Shown here: positions 46,501 through 54,822 of the stretch, piece after piece
Layout of the letters: every line of letters begins with the position of its first letter
Numbering within the stretch: the first letter of the stretch is position 1
Source of the DNA: Clostridia bacterium
GTDB taxonomy: Bacteria > Bacillota > Clostridia > Oscillospirales > Acutalibacteraceae
Assembly: GCA_017435385.1 (NCBI GenBank)
Contig: JAFSFB010000020.1
Location: 5,251 to 69,250, forward strand
Reading direction: 5' to 3'
DNA length: 64,000 nt
Position numbers and translations under genes: made by a program
The notes under the pieces: generated by a model
Told to the model about the DNA's origin: nothing
Seen by the model: only the letters and a program-made list of their open reading frames with translations
The model's database searches: none

Positions 46501-47106
46501 GATTCTTGTCGGCTCAACTCTTCCTTTTAAATATTCATGATTATGGTCAACGCCGGTGTCAACAACAGCTACATAGGTTGTCTTGTAATCGGAAAGATTT
46601 GGCTTGAGTTTATCGTTCAGATAACGAAGTCCGATATGAGTCGGACCCCAGGAAATATATTTGATATTGTCAGATGCAGGAGAAACAGGATCTCCGACAG
46701 TTGAAAGAGCGTTAAGAGGTCTGTCGGGTTCAACAAACTGAATGCCTGCTCTTCCGTCAAAATATTTGTAAGCTGCTTCTGCGGCTTCGGGAGAGTCATA
46801 TTGCAGTACCCACAGATCGTCATAGCCGCTGACAACGGAAACCGCATTCTTAACATTGATGCTGTGAGCGCTTCTGACGATGAGCCTTGCCGTTGAAAAA
46901 TCTTCATTGTCGGATTGCTGTAAAGAATATTCGTGAGAATCGGCAACCAACTGAGAAACGCTTTCTGCAAATTCCTCCGCAGTTTTTTCTTCGGCAATTC
47001 CTTTGTTACCTCCTGAAAGGGTAAAAGGTTCAGCCGCAACAACCCCCTGTGAGCATATTCCGAATAATATGCTGATGCAAAGTATCAGACCGATCAGTCT
47101 TTTCAT
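43546..47106 (-). CDS. Secreted S8 subtilisin-like serine protease with BspA-type leucine-rich repeats and a Big_2 domain
   Basis: Signal peptide MKRLIGLILCISILFG and an I9-like propeptide. Catalytic triad motifs are DTGVDHNH, NGHGTEVAG and GTSLASPLVAAVA. A long LRR region (FYNCIWLKNIYF-type repeats) is followed by Big_2 (YPSNAIYQGIKWSSADNKKV). Confidence 0.85.
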   Translation of the reverse strand: MKRLIGLILCISILFGICSQGVVAAEPFTLSGGNKGIAEEKTAEEFAESVSQLVADSHEYSLQQSDNEDFSTARLIVRSAHSINVKNAVSVVSGYDDLWVLQYDSPEAAEAAYKYFDGRAGIQFVEPDRPLNALSTVGDPVSPASDNIKYISWGPTHIGLRYLNDKLKPNLSDYKTTYVAVVDTGVDHNHEYLKGRVEPTRINTSDSGTRNSSMDDNGHGTEVAGVIVDATLENVIIRPYKVLNKHGNGTTVTLAAGINCAVKDKADVINISVGFYEGSEVLEAAIKNANEHDIVVVSAAGNDNTDNPLYPSSYDHVIRVAAINNRNVAANFSNYGNITISAPGVSIMTTTLKNGYFVGSGTSLASPLVAAVAVVILSVNPNASAEDVLDIITDTAVGSFEPSSKIYLGAGILNAPSIQAMSQTAKVEEPEFSHTTAIYKNEFDLTISCGTPDSVIYYTTDESLPSKSNPNSIIYTAPIRVDKTTKILAAAYADGYNRSSIADFSAIVAPYINENELIIDENGIITAYLGSAGSISIPEKVNGITVTGIADGVFKNRNLTEAILPETVTSVGTESFAENPKLKTVMAKGVTDIGDRAFYNCIWLKNIYFGDIRSIGEYALYKVCSKAFEIRESSFSLNIKNLNLIPEGAFMGSALSEAEIDVAVTLGKNAFSECNALVNIDFAEINEIDDGAFKGLTSLREVMLKGLSVIPNGAFSTCEMLEHAHMPDAVRVESNAFENCVNLELVDIPKATLVWSNAFSNCESLDYLYLDSLESFEEEAYTNQSEAPLFPQNLTLFYAPKLEKGLYMMFTRCPKIEYVYLNGATELQPNTFYNCKSVYYVDLRSIRYVSEYAFNNCRITAVDARSLVSTKSLPSDSGIILSNEFVESQHTAENLIVYGTPGTYIERYCKYKNYNFVGIPLIINDIPDYITENSEMVTVNAIGFDLEYQWFWNGKKSTEGGTPIKGATSSSYIFTPEDTAPFYYCRITSHDIDRDAVIYSDIIVKDSKPADYTEYLKAVEAAKSVDRNLFVNIDILDEALSVDVSGRYSCEQDTVDAQTKAIYDAISNLKHNGVQRLSLNITDDDLTMFQRAKLSYTVYPSNAIYQGIKWSSADNKKVILLNKNGYVRCIGDGNAVIKGEVVNPDGEIITAYITVDCEMTILEKLLSFILKPMWLLQYAVSSNRIQ

Positions 47107-47276
47107 GATGCATACTTCTTTCATAGAAAATATTATAATTTTATTATAGAATATGTTATTTTGCTTTGCAAGCATTATTCCATACAATATTGACTGTTTG
47201 TATGAATTCGGATAAAAAAATACAGTTGAATAATAATTTGTAATAATATATAATCTGATTGAAAGAGGTGTTTATC

Positions 47277-47849
47277 GTGCTTAAAGATTTATTGATACAA
47301 AACAGATCATACAGAAGATTTGATGAAAGCTTTGAGATATCGGGCGATATTCTGATGGAGCTTGTTGAGCTTGCAAGGCTAACTCCTTCTTCGGTTAATT
47401 GGCAGCCTCTCAGATATGCTCTTGTCAATGATAAAGAAACCAATAATAAGATTTTTGAGACTCTTGCCTGGGCAGGTCTTATTAAAGAATGGAACGGTCC
47501 GTGTGAAGGCGAAAGACCCACGGCGTATATTGTTATTCTGACCGATACAACCGTTGCCAAAAACATGAAGACCGATGTCGGTATCGTTGCTCAGACGATG
47601 ATGCTCGGTGCGGCTGAAAAGGGACTCGGTGGCTGCATGATAGGCAGCGTAAACAGAGAAAAGGTTTCTGAAATTCTGAATATCGATACCGAAAGATATT
47701 CAATTGACCTTGTTCTTGCTCTCGGCAAGCCTGCTGAAAAGGTTGAAATAGTCGATGTTCCCGAAAACGGATGCACGAATTATTACCGGGATGAAAACGG
47801 CGTTCATTATGTACCGAAGCGTTCGGTCGAGGATCTGATTATCGGTTAA
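47277..47849 (+). CDS. Nitroreductase family protein
   Basis: LLIQNRSYRRFDE...ARLTPSSVNWQP. The GTG at 47277 lies 8 nt after the AAAGAGG RBS. The track ORF starts at TTG 47259. Confidence 0.8.
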   Translation: MLKDLLIQNRSYRRFDESFEISGDILMELVELARLTPSSVNWQPLRYALVNDKETNNKIFETLAWAGLIKEWNGPCEGERPTAYIVILTDTTVAKNMKTDVGIVAQTMMLGAAEKGLGGCMIGSVNREKVSEILNIDTERYSIDLVLALGKPAEKVEIVDVPENGCTNYYRDENGVHYVPKRSVEDLIIG

Positions 47850-47861
47850 GGAGTGGTTAAT

Positions 47862-48158
47862 GTGGCATCCTTGCCTGTCAGTAAAAAAGATTATGATTAC
47901 GCTGTCCTGATTTCCGATTTTATATCTAAAATCAAAAAAGCTGATCAGGATTGCAGAAACGCATATAATTTCAGATTTACTCCTGAGATTAAAGGCTATG
48001 AAATTGCTTGTGATGAGTTCAGAATTATCATAAAACGAAAGATATTCGGCGGAATACTTATAAGAAAATATAAAAACGGGAGTCCCGAGATCGGTAAAAA
48101 ATTTTCCTCTCATTCTCCGCAGGATAACGAAAATATTATCAATAAAATACTTGAATAA
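47862..48158 (+). CDS. Hypothetical small protein
   Basis: The ORF has only GTG starts (47853 or 47862), after AAGGAG. It is AT-rich with no recognisable motif and is followed by a terminator. Confidence 0.35.
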   Translation: MASLPVSKKDYDYAVLISDFISKIKKADQDCRNAYNFRFTPEIKGYEIACDEFRIIIKRKIFGGILIRKYKNGSPEIGKKFSSHSPQDNENIINKILE

Positions 48159-48165
48159 AAAATAT

Positions 48166-48196
48166 AGGTCGGTACCGCTTCGGGTACCGACCTTTT
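48166..48196. terminator. Bidirectional intrinsic terminator
   Basis: AGGTCGGTACCG-cttc-GGGTACCGACCT followed by TTTT. Confidence 0.85.
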
Positions 48197-48200
48197 GATA

Positions 48201-49385
48201 TTAGTGATGGAAAAGACGCATGCCTGTGAAGCACATTGTTATGCCGTGCTTGTCGCATGCTGCGATAACATTGTCATCTCTGATTGAGCCGCCGGGCTCT
48301 GCAATATAGCTTACACCGCTCTTGGAAGCTCTTTCGATGTTGTCGCCAAAGGGGAAGAATGCATCGCTGCCGAGAGCAACGCCTTTGATCGTTGCAAGGT
48401 ATGCCTTCTGCTCTTCCTTGGTGAACGGTTCGGGCTTCTCCTTGAAGAGAGTCTGCCAAACGCCGTCTGCAAGAACATCTTCGTATTCGTCGGAGATATA
48501 AACATCGATCGTGTTATCTCTGTCAGGTCTGCCGATAGTGTCAAGGAAGGGGAGGTTGAGAACCTTTTCGTGCTGTCTGAGATGCCAGATATCAGCCTTG
48601 TTGCCTGCGAGTCTTGTGCAATGGATTCTTGACTGCTGACCTGCGCCGACACCGATCGCCTGACCGTCAACGGCATAGCAAACGGAGTTTGACTGAGTGT
48701 ATTTAAGAGTGATGAGAGCAATGATAAGGTCACGCTTTGCACTGTCGGGGAACTTTTTGTTGGCGGTAACAACATTTGCAAGAAGCTCTTCGTCGATCTT
48801 GAAGTTGTTTCTGCCCTGCTCAAATGTAATGCCGAAAACCTGCTTGATCTCCTGAACTGCAGGAACATAATCGGGGTCGATCTTAACGATATTATAGTTG
48901 CCGTTTCTCTTTGTTTTGAGAATTTCAAGAGCTTCGGGTTCATAGCCGGGAGCGATTACGCCGTCGGAAACCTCACGCTTGATGAGCTTTGCGGTTGTTA
49001 CGTCGCAAACATCGGAAAGAGCGATCCAGTCACCGAAGGAGCTCATTCTGTCCGTACCTCTTGCTCTTGCATAAGCGGTTGCAAGGGGAGAATCGTCAAG
49101 ACCTTCGATGTCGTCAACGAAGCAAGCCTTCTTGAGATTGTCGCTCATCTTGATGCCGACAGCAGCCGAAGTGGGGGAAACATGCTTGAAGGAGGTTGCC
49201 GCAGGCATACCGAGAGCTGTTTTGATTTCTTTAACGAGCTGCCAGCTGTTGAATGCATCGAGGAAATTGATGAAGCCGGGTCTGCCGCAGAGAATTTCAA
49301 TGGGAAGCTCGCTGCCGTCAGCCATATAGATTTTTGAGGGCTTCTGATTGGGGTTACAACCGTATTTGAGTTCAAATTCTTTCAT
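48201..49385 (-). CDS. purH: AICAR formyltransferase (PurH-like, transformylase domain only)
   Basis: 394 aa. KYGCNPNQ, FKHVSPTSAAVG, AVDGQAIGVGAGQQSRIHCTRLA and IAEPGGSIRD are typical of the AICARFT domain. No MGS-like IMP cyclohydrolase domain is present. Confidence 0.85.
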   Translation of the reverse strand: MKEFELKYGCNPNQKPSKIYMADGSELPIEILCGRPGFINFLDAFNSWQLVKEIKTALGMPAATSFKHVSPTSAAVGIKMSDNLKKACFVDDIEGLDDSPLATAYARARGTDRMSSFGDWIALSDVCDVTTAKLIKREVSDGVIAPGYEPEALEILKTKRNGNYNIVKIDPDYVPAVQEIKQVFGITFEQGRNNFKIDEELLANVVTANKKFPDSAKRDLIIALITLKYTQSNSVCYAVDGQAIGVGAGQQSRIHCTRLAGNKADIWHLRQHEKVLNLPFLDTIGRPDRDNTIDVYISDEYEDVLADGVWQTLFKEKPEPFTKEEQKAYLATIKGVALGSDAFFPFGDNIERASKSGVSYIAEPGGSIRDDNVIAACDKHGITMCFTGMRLFHH

Positions 49386-49396
49386 TTCGCTTCTCC

Positions 49397-50116
49397 TTAT
49401 TTATTCTTGTTAATCATTCTTGCTTCGTATTCGCCGGTTGCAAGGTCAACATATCTTACATAGAGCGATATTTTGTTCTGCTCATTGAGGTTTGTCCAGA
49501 TGTTCTCTGTGAATGCATCGATATCATCTGGAATTTCAACTCTTTCAGGCTCACCCGTGAAGGTGGGAATGGGATTGCCGTCATGATTGTAAGTGTGGAT
49601 AAAATGACCGAGACCGCTGAGAGCGGGATATGAGAAGGTGTATCTGTTGCATGCAGAGCCTTCAGCGTCAGCGCTCTTGAGAATGCTCATTTTATATGTG
49701 AATGAACCGTCTGCAAAGGTCATCATGCCGCTGATTCTGGGAGTGAAGTTGGGTGCATCGGGCTCGAATTCTCTTGTTTCGAGAGCCTGTTCAAATGTTT
49801 TGCCGTCCTTAACAAAATCATAGATCGTGTCTGTCTGATCACCGTTTGTTACGATGAGATTGTTGCCGATAACTCTGACGGGAGCGTAGATGATAAGGGA
49901 AGGATCCTCAACCTTTGATGCATCGAAGGGATGAATGATTATCTCGTCACCCTGCTCGATGAACACTCTGTTTCTGCTGTTTTCGCTTCTGCCCATAATG
50001 AAATAAGCCGTAACGGCTTTTTTGCCGTCTGCGCTCTTTCCGATAACAATGCCTCTGCCTACATAGCTGTTATCCTTGATAAGCTCGCCGATGTTGTTGA
50101 TGTCATAAATACCCAT
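49397..50116 (-). CDS. purO: PurO-type (archaeal-like) IMP cyclohydrolase
   Basis: YVGRGIVIGKSADGKKAVTAYFIMGRSENSRNR resembles the PurO N-terminus. GGAAGA RBS before MGIYD. It lies directly upstream of the AICARFT gene. Confidence 0.7.
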   Translation of the reverse strand: MGIYDINNIGELIKDNSYVGRGIVIGKSADGKKAVTAYFIMGRSENSRNRVFIEQGDEIIIHPFDASKVEDPSLIIYAPVRVIGNNLIVTNGDQTDTIYDFVKDGKTFEQALETREFEPDAPNFTPRISGMMTFADGSFTYKMSILKSADAEGSACNRYTFSYPALSGLGHFIHTYNHDGNPIPTFTGEPERVEIPDDIDAFTENIWTNLNEQNKISLYVRYVDLATGEYEARMINKNK

Positions 50117-50131
50117 ACTTTTCTTCCTTTC

Positions 50132-50247
50132 AATAATAAAATAAGGCAATCCTATCCCTGAAGATAAGATTGCCCAGACGGTCGGCTGAAACGGATTAAT
50201 TGCTTCCATGCAGTTAATTCTGCTATTCCGTCAGTCACAAATAATCC
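50132..50247 (-). promoter_or_regulatory. ZTP (pfl-motif) riboswitch with terminator expression platform
   Basis: On the minus strand, P1 is GGATTA/TAATCC, followed by GUGACUGACGG, the P2 hairpin GCAG-aattaa-CTGC, and the 3' subdomain CCGACCGUCUGGGCA (50171-50185). A 12-bp terminator GGCAATCTTATC/GATAGGATTGCC with a U-run overlaps the GGGCA. Confidence 0.8.
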
Positions 50248-50304
50248 TTAAATTTTATGTCTAAATCTTATCATACGATAATTAATTTGTCAATGCGTTA
50301 GGAA

Positions 50305-51663
50305 TTAAATTCTGATTTTCGGTTTTTTCCATTTGCCCGAAGATATGAAGATTATGCCGACGATTATCGATGCGGCGGAAGCAAGACCCGTTGCAAGACC
50401 TACTCCGTCAAAGCCGAGCGATGAAACCTTGACAACGATATATGCAAGGGGAACTCTGACGATAATCGAGCTGAAGCAGGCGTTGAAGAGAGCAAAGTTT
50501 GTGTAACCTGCTCCGATCGCAAGACCGTTCATGCAGAAAACGAACGGAACGAGCAGATAATCGAGAGCGATCAATCGCAGGTATGTTCTTCCTGTTTCGA
50601 TCGTTTCTGGTGTTTTGTCAAACAGACCTATAATAAAATCGGGGAAGGAAACAACAATTATAAACACAAAGGCGGAGATCATGAAAGCAATTCTCATTCC
50701 GGCAAACATTGTTTTCCTGGCTCTGTCGATTTCGCCTGCACCGATATTCTGCCCTGCCATAGATGAAACGGCGCTGCTCATGGCGAGAGCGGGAAGAATT
50801 GCAAAGGAGTTGACCTTTCCGCCGATACCCTGACAAGCCGAAGCAATAAGGGCGTTCGGGAGGGAGTTGACGAGTGCAGTCAATGTCAGAAACGAGAATG
50901 AAACAACAACCTGCTGAACCGATGACGGTAAACCGATTTTAAGGAGCATTTTGGATTTTTCTTTATCGATCTTGAAATCGCTCAGGCGGTATTCTGCAAA
51001 AAACTTGTTTTTTAATAAGTATAAAAGCGAAAGAACAACGCTGAGTCCCTGAGCGCCTACGGTTGCTATTGCGGCGCCTTTTGCACCCATATCAAACGGT
51101 CCGCAGAGAATGTAATCTCCTGTAATGTTGCCTATTGCCGCAATAAGAACGAAATAGAGCGGTCTTTTTGAATCTCCCATTCCTCTCAGAATTGCGCTGA
51201 TAACATTGTATGCAAAAAGGAAAACAAGTCCTGCCATACAGATATCATAATAGCTTTCTGCTTCTCCGTATGCTTCTTTGGGAGTGCTGAGAAGATCAAG
51301 CAGGGGCTTGCCGAAAACAAGCATGACCGCAGTCATGACAACGCCGATAATCATATAGAGAGTGAACAGAGTGCCTATCGTTTTTCTCTGCTCGTCAAAT
51401 TTATGAGCTCCTCCGTACTGAGCTATCAGAACTGTGCCACCGACCGCAAGACCGAGAGCGGCACCCGTAACGAGAATGTTGATCTGACTTCCGATATTAA
51501 CTCCCGTGATTCCTATCGGGCCTCTGAAATGACCGACGATTATCATATCGGCAACCGAATAGAGAGCCTGAAGAAGATTTGAAAGAAGGAAGGGTACGGC
51601 AAATTTCATGAGCTGCTTTGAAACGCTTCCTCTTGTTAAGTCCTGTCTGAATTTATCTGCCAA
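50305..51663 (-). CDS. MATE family efflux transporter
   Basis: 452 aa with 12 TM helices. N-terminus DLTRGSVSKQLMKFAVPFLLSNLLQALYSVADMIIVG. Confidence 0.85.
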   Translation of the reverse strand: MADKFRQDLTRGSVSKQLMKFAVPFLLSNLLQALYSVADMIIVGHFRGPIGITGVNIGSQINILVTGAALGLAVGGTVLIAQYGGAHKFDEQRKTIGTLFTLYMIIGVVMTAVMLVFGKPLLDLLSTPKEAYGEAESYYDICMAGLVFLFAYNVISAILRGMGDSKRPLYFVLIAAIGNITGDYILCGPFDMGAKGAAIATVGAQGLSVVLSLLYLLKNKFFAEYRLSDFKIDKEKSKMLLKIGLPSSVQQVVVSFSFLTLTALVNSLPNALIASACQGIGGKVNSFAILPALAMSSAVSSMAGQNIGAGEIDRARKTMFAGMRIAFMISAFVFIIVVSFPDFIIGLFDKTPETIETGRTYLRLIALDYLLVPFVFCMNGLAIGAGYTNFALFNACFSSIIVRVPLAYIVVKVSSLGFDGVGLATGLASAASIIVGIIFISSGKWKKPKIRI

Positions 51664-51666
51664 TTT

Positions 51667-53832
51667 TTATTTCTCCTGTTTTTTCTCTTTCATGGTAAGT
51701 GAAATGCGTTTTTTGGCTGCATCAACGGCAATGACCCAAACGGTTACGACTTCACCGACTTTAAGCACCTCCGAGGGATGCTTGATAAATTTATTTGTAA
51801 TCTGTGAGATGTGAACAAGACCGTCCTGATGAACACCGATATCGACAAATGCACCGAAATCGGTAACGTTTCTGACGGTGCCTTTGAGTTCCATTCCGGG
51901 AATGAGATCCTTCATATCCATTACATCGGTTCTGAGCATGGGAGGAGGAAGCTCATCTCTGGGATCTCGGGCAGGCATAATAAGTTCCTTGATTATATCA
52001 TTAAGAGTCGGAACGCCGATTCCGAGCTTTTCGGCAACGGATTCCGTGCCGAGAGCTTCAACTTTTTCTTTGATTTCAGCGATTTTCTGAGTTCCGATAT
52101 CCGATGTTTTATATCCGCAGATATCAAGAAGCTCCTTTGCGGCTTTATAGCTTTCGGGATGAACGCCCGTGTTGTCAAGAGCATTTTTGCTCTCGGGAAT
52201 TCTCAGGAAGCCTGCGCACTGTTCAAAAGCTTTTGTACCGAGCTTAGGAACTTTTTTGAGCTGTGAACGCTCCTTGAATTCACCGTTTTCATCTCTGAAA
52301 TCGACAATATTCTTTGCTACCGTTGAATTGATGCCCGAAACTCTCGAAAGAAGAGGAACGGATGCCGTGTTGAGGTCAACGCCGACAGAGTTTACCGCAT
52401 CCTCAATAACGCCGTCAAGAGCGGCGTCAAGCTCCTTCGGAGGCATATCGTGCTGATACTGACCGACGCCGATTGCCTTAGGATCAATCTTAACAAGCTC
52501 GGCGAGGGGATCCTGAAGTCTTCTTGCGATTGAAACGGCACTTCTGAGAGAAACGTCATACTGCGGGAATTCCTGAGCGGCAAGCTTTGATGCCGAATAT
52601 ACGGAAGCACCTGCCTCGCTGACTACCATATATGAAACATCGGCATTGATCTCACGGAGCACCTCCGCAGCGAAAATTTCGGTTTCTTTTGAAGCTGTTC
52701 CGTTGCCGATGGAAATGCAGTTGACGGAATGCTTTGCGATAAGCTTCTTTATAAGCTCCTTCGCCTGATTTCTCTGAGCATCGGAGTGAGTGACATAGAT
52801 AACGCCCGTGTCAAGAACCTTTCCCGTTGCATCAACAACCGCAACCTTGCAGCCCGTTCTGTAACCGGGATCAAGTCCGATAACGACCTTGCCCTTGACT
52901 GGAGGCGCAAGAAGAAGCTCCTTTGTGTTAAGAGCAAACACCTTGATTGCGCTTGCGGCGGCGTTTTCGGTGAGCATGTTTCTGATCTCTCTTTCAATTG
53001 AAGGATAAATCAGTCGGTCATATGCGTCTGCGCCTGCTTCTCTGACTGTTTCCGTGCAGGGTGAGCCTGCGGGGTTGAGAGTTGCGCTTGTGATAACATT
53101 TGCAGCCTTGACGGCATCAAGAGTAACGCTGACTTTGAGGAACTTTTCACGCTCGCCTCTGTCAATGGCAAGAACTCTGTGCCCTGCAATCTTGCTGACG
53201 GGTTCACTGTATTCGTAGTAATTTGTATATACGCTTTCTGTATCCTTATCTGCGGCAGTCGTTGAAATAACACCGATTACCGAAAAAAGATTTCTGAGTC
53301 TGCGTCGAATATCTGCATCGTCGGAGATGTTCTCTGCGATGATATCCATAGCGCCCTTCAATGCATCCTCTGCGGTTACAACACCCTTTTCTTCGTTTAT
53401 GAATTCAGCCGCCATTTCAAGCGGAGCAGGGGAATCGGCTTTCTGCTCATAGATAGCATCGGCAAGGGGCTCAAGTCCTTTTTCTCTTGCAACCGAGGCT
53501 CTTGTTTTTCTCTTGGGTCTGAACGGTCTGTAAATATCCTCGATCTCGGTAATCGTCGATGCATTATCGAGAGCGGCGGAAATTTCATCTGTCAGCTTTT
53601 CCTGACCGGCAATAAGAGCCCTGACCTCTTCTCTTCTTTTGTCAAGATTGCGAAGATATTCAAGCCTTTCCGAAAGCTCTCTGATGATCTGGTCATCAAG
53701 CGTTCCGTGAGCTTCTTTTCTGTATCGTGCAATAAAGGGGATGGTGTTTCCGTCGTCGATTAGCTTGACCGTGTTTTCGACCTGCCAGCTCTGGAGTTTG
53801 AATTGTGCCGTTAATTCTTTGATAATATCCAT
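51667..53832 (-). CDS. tex: Tex-like transcription accessory protein (YqgF, HhH and S1 domains)
   Basis: 721 aa. TIPFIARYRKE, a YqgF-like core and a C-terminal S1 domain (GTVRNVTDFGAFVDIGVHQDGLVHISQ). Confidence 0.9.
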   Translation of the reverse strand: MDIIKELTAQFKLQSWQVENTVKLIDDGNTIPFIARYRKEAHGTLDDQIIRELSERLEYLRNLDKRREEVRALIAGQEKLTDEISAALDNASTITEIEDIYRPFRPKRKTRASVAREKGLEPLADAIYEQKADSPAPLEMAAEFINEEKGVVTAEDALKGAMDIIAENISDDADIRRRLRNLFSVIGVISTTAADKDTESVYTNYYEYSEPVSKIAGHRVLAIDRGEREKFLKVSVTLDAVKAANVITSATLNPAGSPCTETVREAGADAYDRLIYPSIEREIRNMLTENAAASAIKVFALNTKELLLAPPVKGKVVIGLDPGYRTGCKVAVVDATGKVLDTGVIYVTHSDAQRNQAKELIKKLIAKHSVNCISIGNGTASKETEIFAAEVLREINADVSYMVVSEAGASVYSASKLAAQEFPQYDVSLRSAVSIARRLQDPLAELVKIDPKAIGVGQYQHDMPPKELDAALDGVIEDAVNSVGVDLNTASVPLLSRVSGINSTVAKNIVDFRDENGEFKERSQLKKVPKLGTKAFEQCAGFLRIPESKNALDNTGVHPESYKAAKELLDICGYKTSDIGTQKIAEIKEKVEALGTESVAEKLGIGVPTLNDIIKELIMPARDPRDELPPPMLRTDVMDMKDLIPGMELKGTVRNVTDFGAFVDIGVHQDGLVHISQITNKFIKHPSEVLKVGEVVTVWVIAVDAAKKRISLTMKEKKQEK

Positions 53833-53841
53833 TGTTTCACC

Positions 53842-54822
53842 TTATAAATTGATTTTGATTTGTCTTATGTCTTTTCCCAGGAAAAGGAGAGAAGTATAAC
53901 CGCCGATTATTCTTGAGGTAACTCTCTGAGTGTATTTTGCTTCAAGCTCGTTTTTGGTCAGATTTGTGCTGATTATAACGGGCTTTGAACGGTTAAGACG
54001 GGTGTTTATTATGTTATAAACAGCGGCAACCGTAAATTGCGTTGAGAATTCGGAGCCGAGGTCGTCGATAATCAGCAGGTCGCAGTCGAGAATTTCTTTT
54101 TCTCTTTCTCCGCTGTTGTTGTGGCTGAATTTTTCTCTTTCAAGTGAAGAGAGGATATTCTGCGCCGAGTCATAAATAACTCTGAATCCGTTTTCAGCAA
54201 CCGTATTGGCTATTGCAAGAGAAAGATGAGTCTTTCCGAGCCCCGTTGCACCGTGAAGATAAAGACTTTCGGAATCCGTGCCGAAATCCTCCGCATAGCA
54301 TTTGCAGTATTCAAAAATCTCGCTCATTCTCTTTCTCGGTGAAACTCCCGTTGTATTGTCTGCAGGAAGGGGATAGAAGTCAAGGTTGAAATTTGAAAAA
54401 GTGCAGTTTGCGCTCGGCGAAACCGAAGCAAGCGAATCCTTGGCGATATCTTTGAGAATCTGAATCCTGCATTCGCATGCATATCCGCCGACAAAGCCCG
54501 TATCCTCGCATTTTTTGCAGGTATAAGGCGTGTCGAGATAGTTTTCGGGATATCCGTTTTCGACAAGTGTCGTTCTGATGACTTTTTGCAGAGCCTCATT
54601 CATTTCTGAAAGCTGCCTTATATAATCCTGAGCATCCTTGCCCATACCGAAGGCTTTGACAACTGCAAGCCCCGTTTCGGCAAGCTTAGCTTCATATTTG
54701 GTTATTTCGGGAATCTTATCCGTAACCTCCATGTGATGTGCAAGCTGGATTCTCTGAGCCTTGCTTCTTCTGCCCTCGATGATCTGTGTTGCTTTCAGGA
54801 GCGTATCTTTACCGTAACTCAT
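53842..54822 (-). CDS. dnaI: DnaI/DnaC-like helicase loader ATPase
   Basis: N-terminal Cys cluster CKKCEDTGFVGGYACEC, Walker A GATGLGKTHL and Walker B LLIIDDLG. Confidence 0.75.
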   Translation of the reverse strand: MSYGKDTLLKATQIIEGRRSKAQRIQLAHHMEVTDKIPEITKYEAKLAETGLAVVKAFGMGKDAQDYIRQLSEMNEALQKVIRTTLVENGYPENYLDTPYTCKKCEDTGFVGGYACECRIQILKDIAKDSLASVSPSANCTFSNFNLDFYPLPADNTTGVSPRKRMSEIFEYCKCYAEDFGTDSESLYLHGATGLGKTHLSLAIANTVAENGFRVIYDSAQNILSSLEREKFSHNNSGEREKEILDCDLLIIDDLGSEFSTQFTVAAVYNIINTRLNRSKPVIISTNLTKNELEAKYTQRVTSRIIGGYTSLLFLGKDIRQIKINL

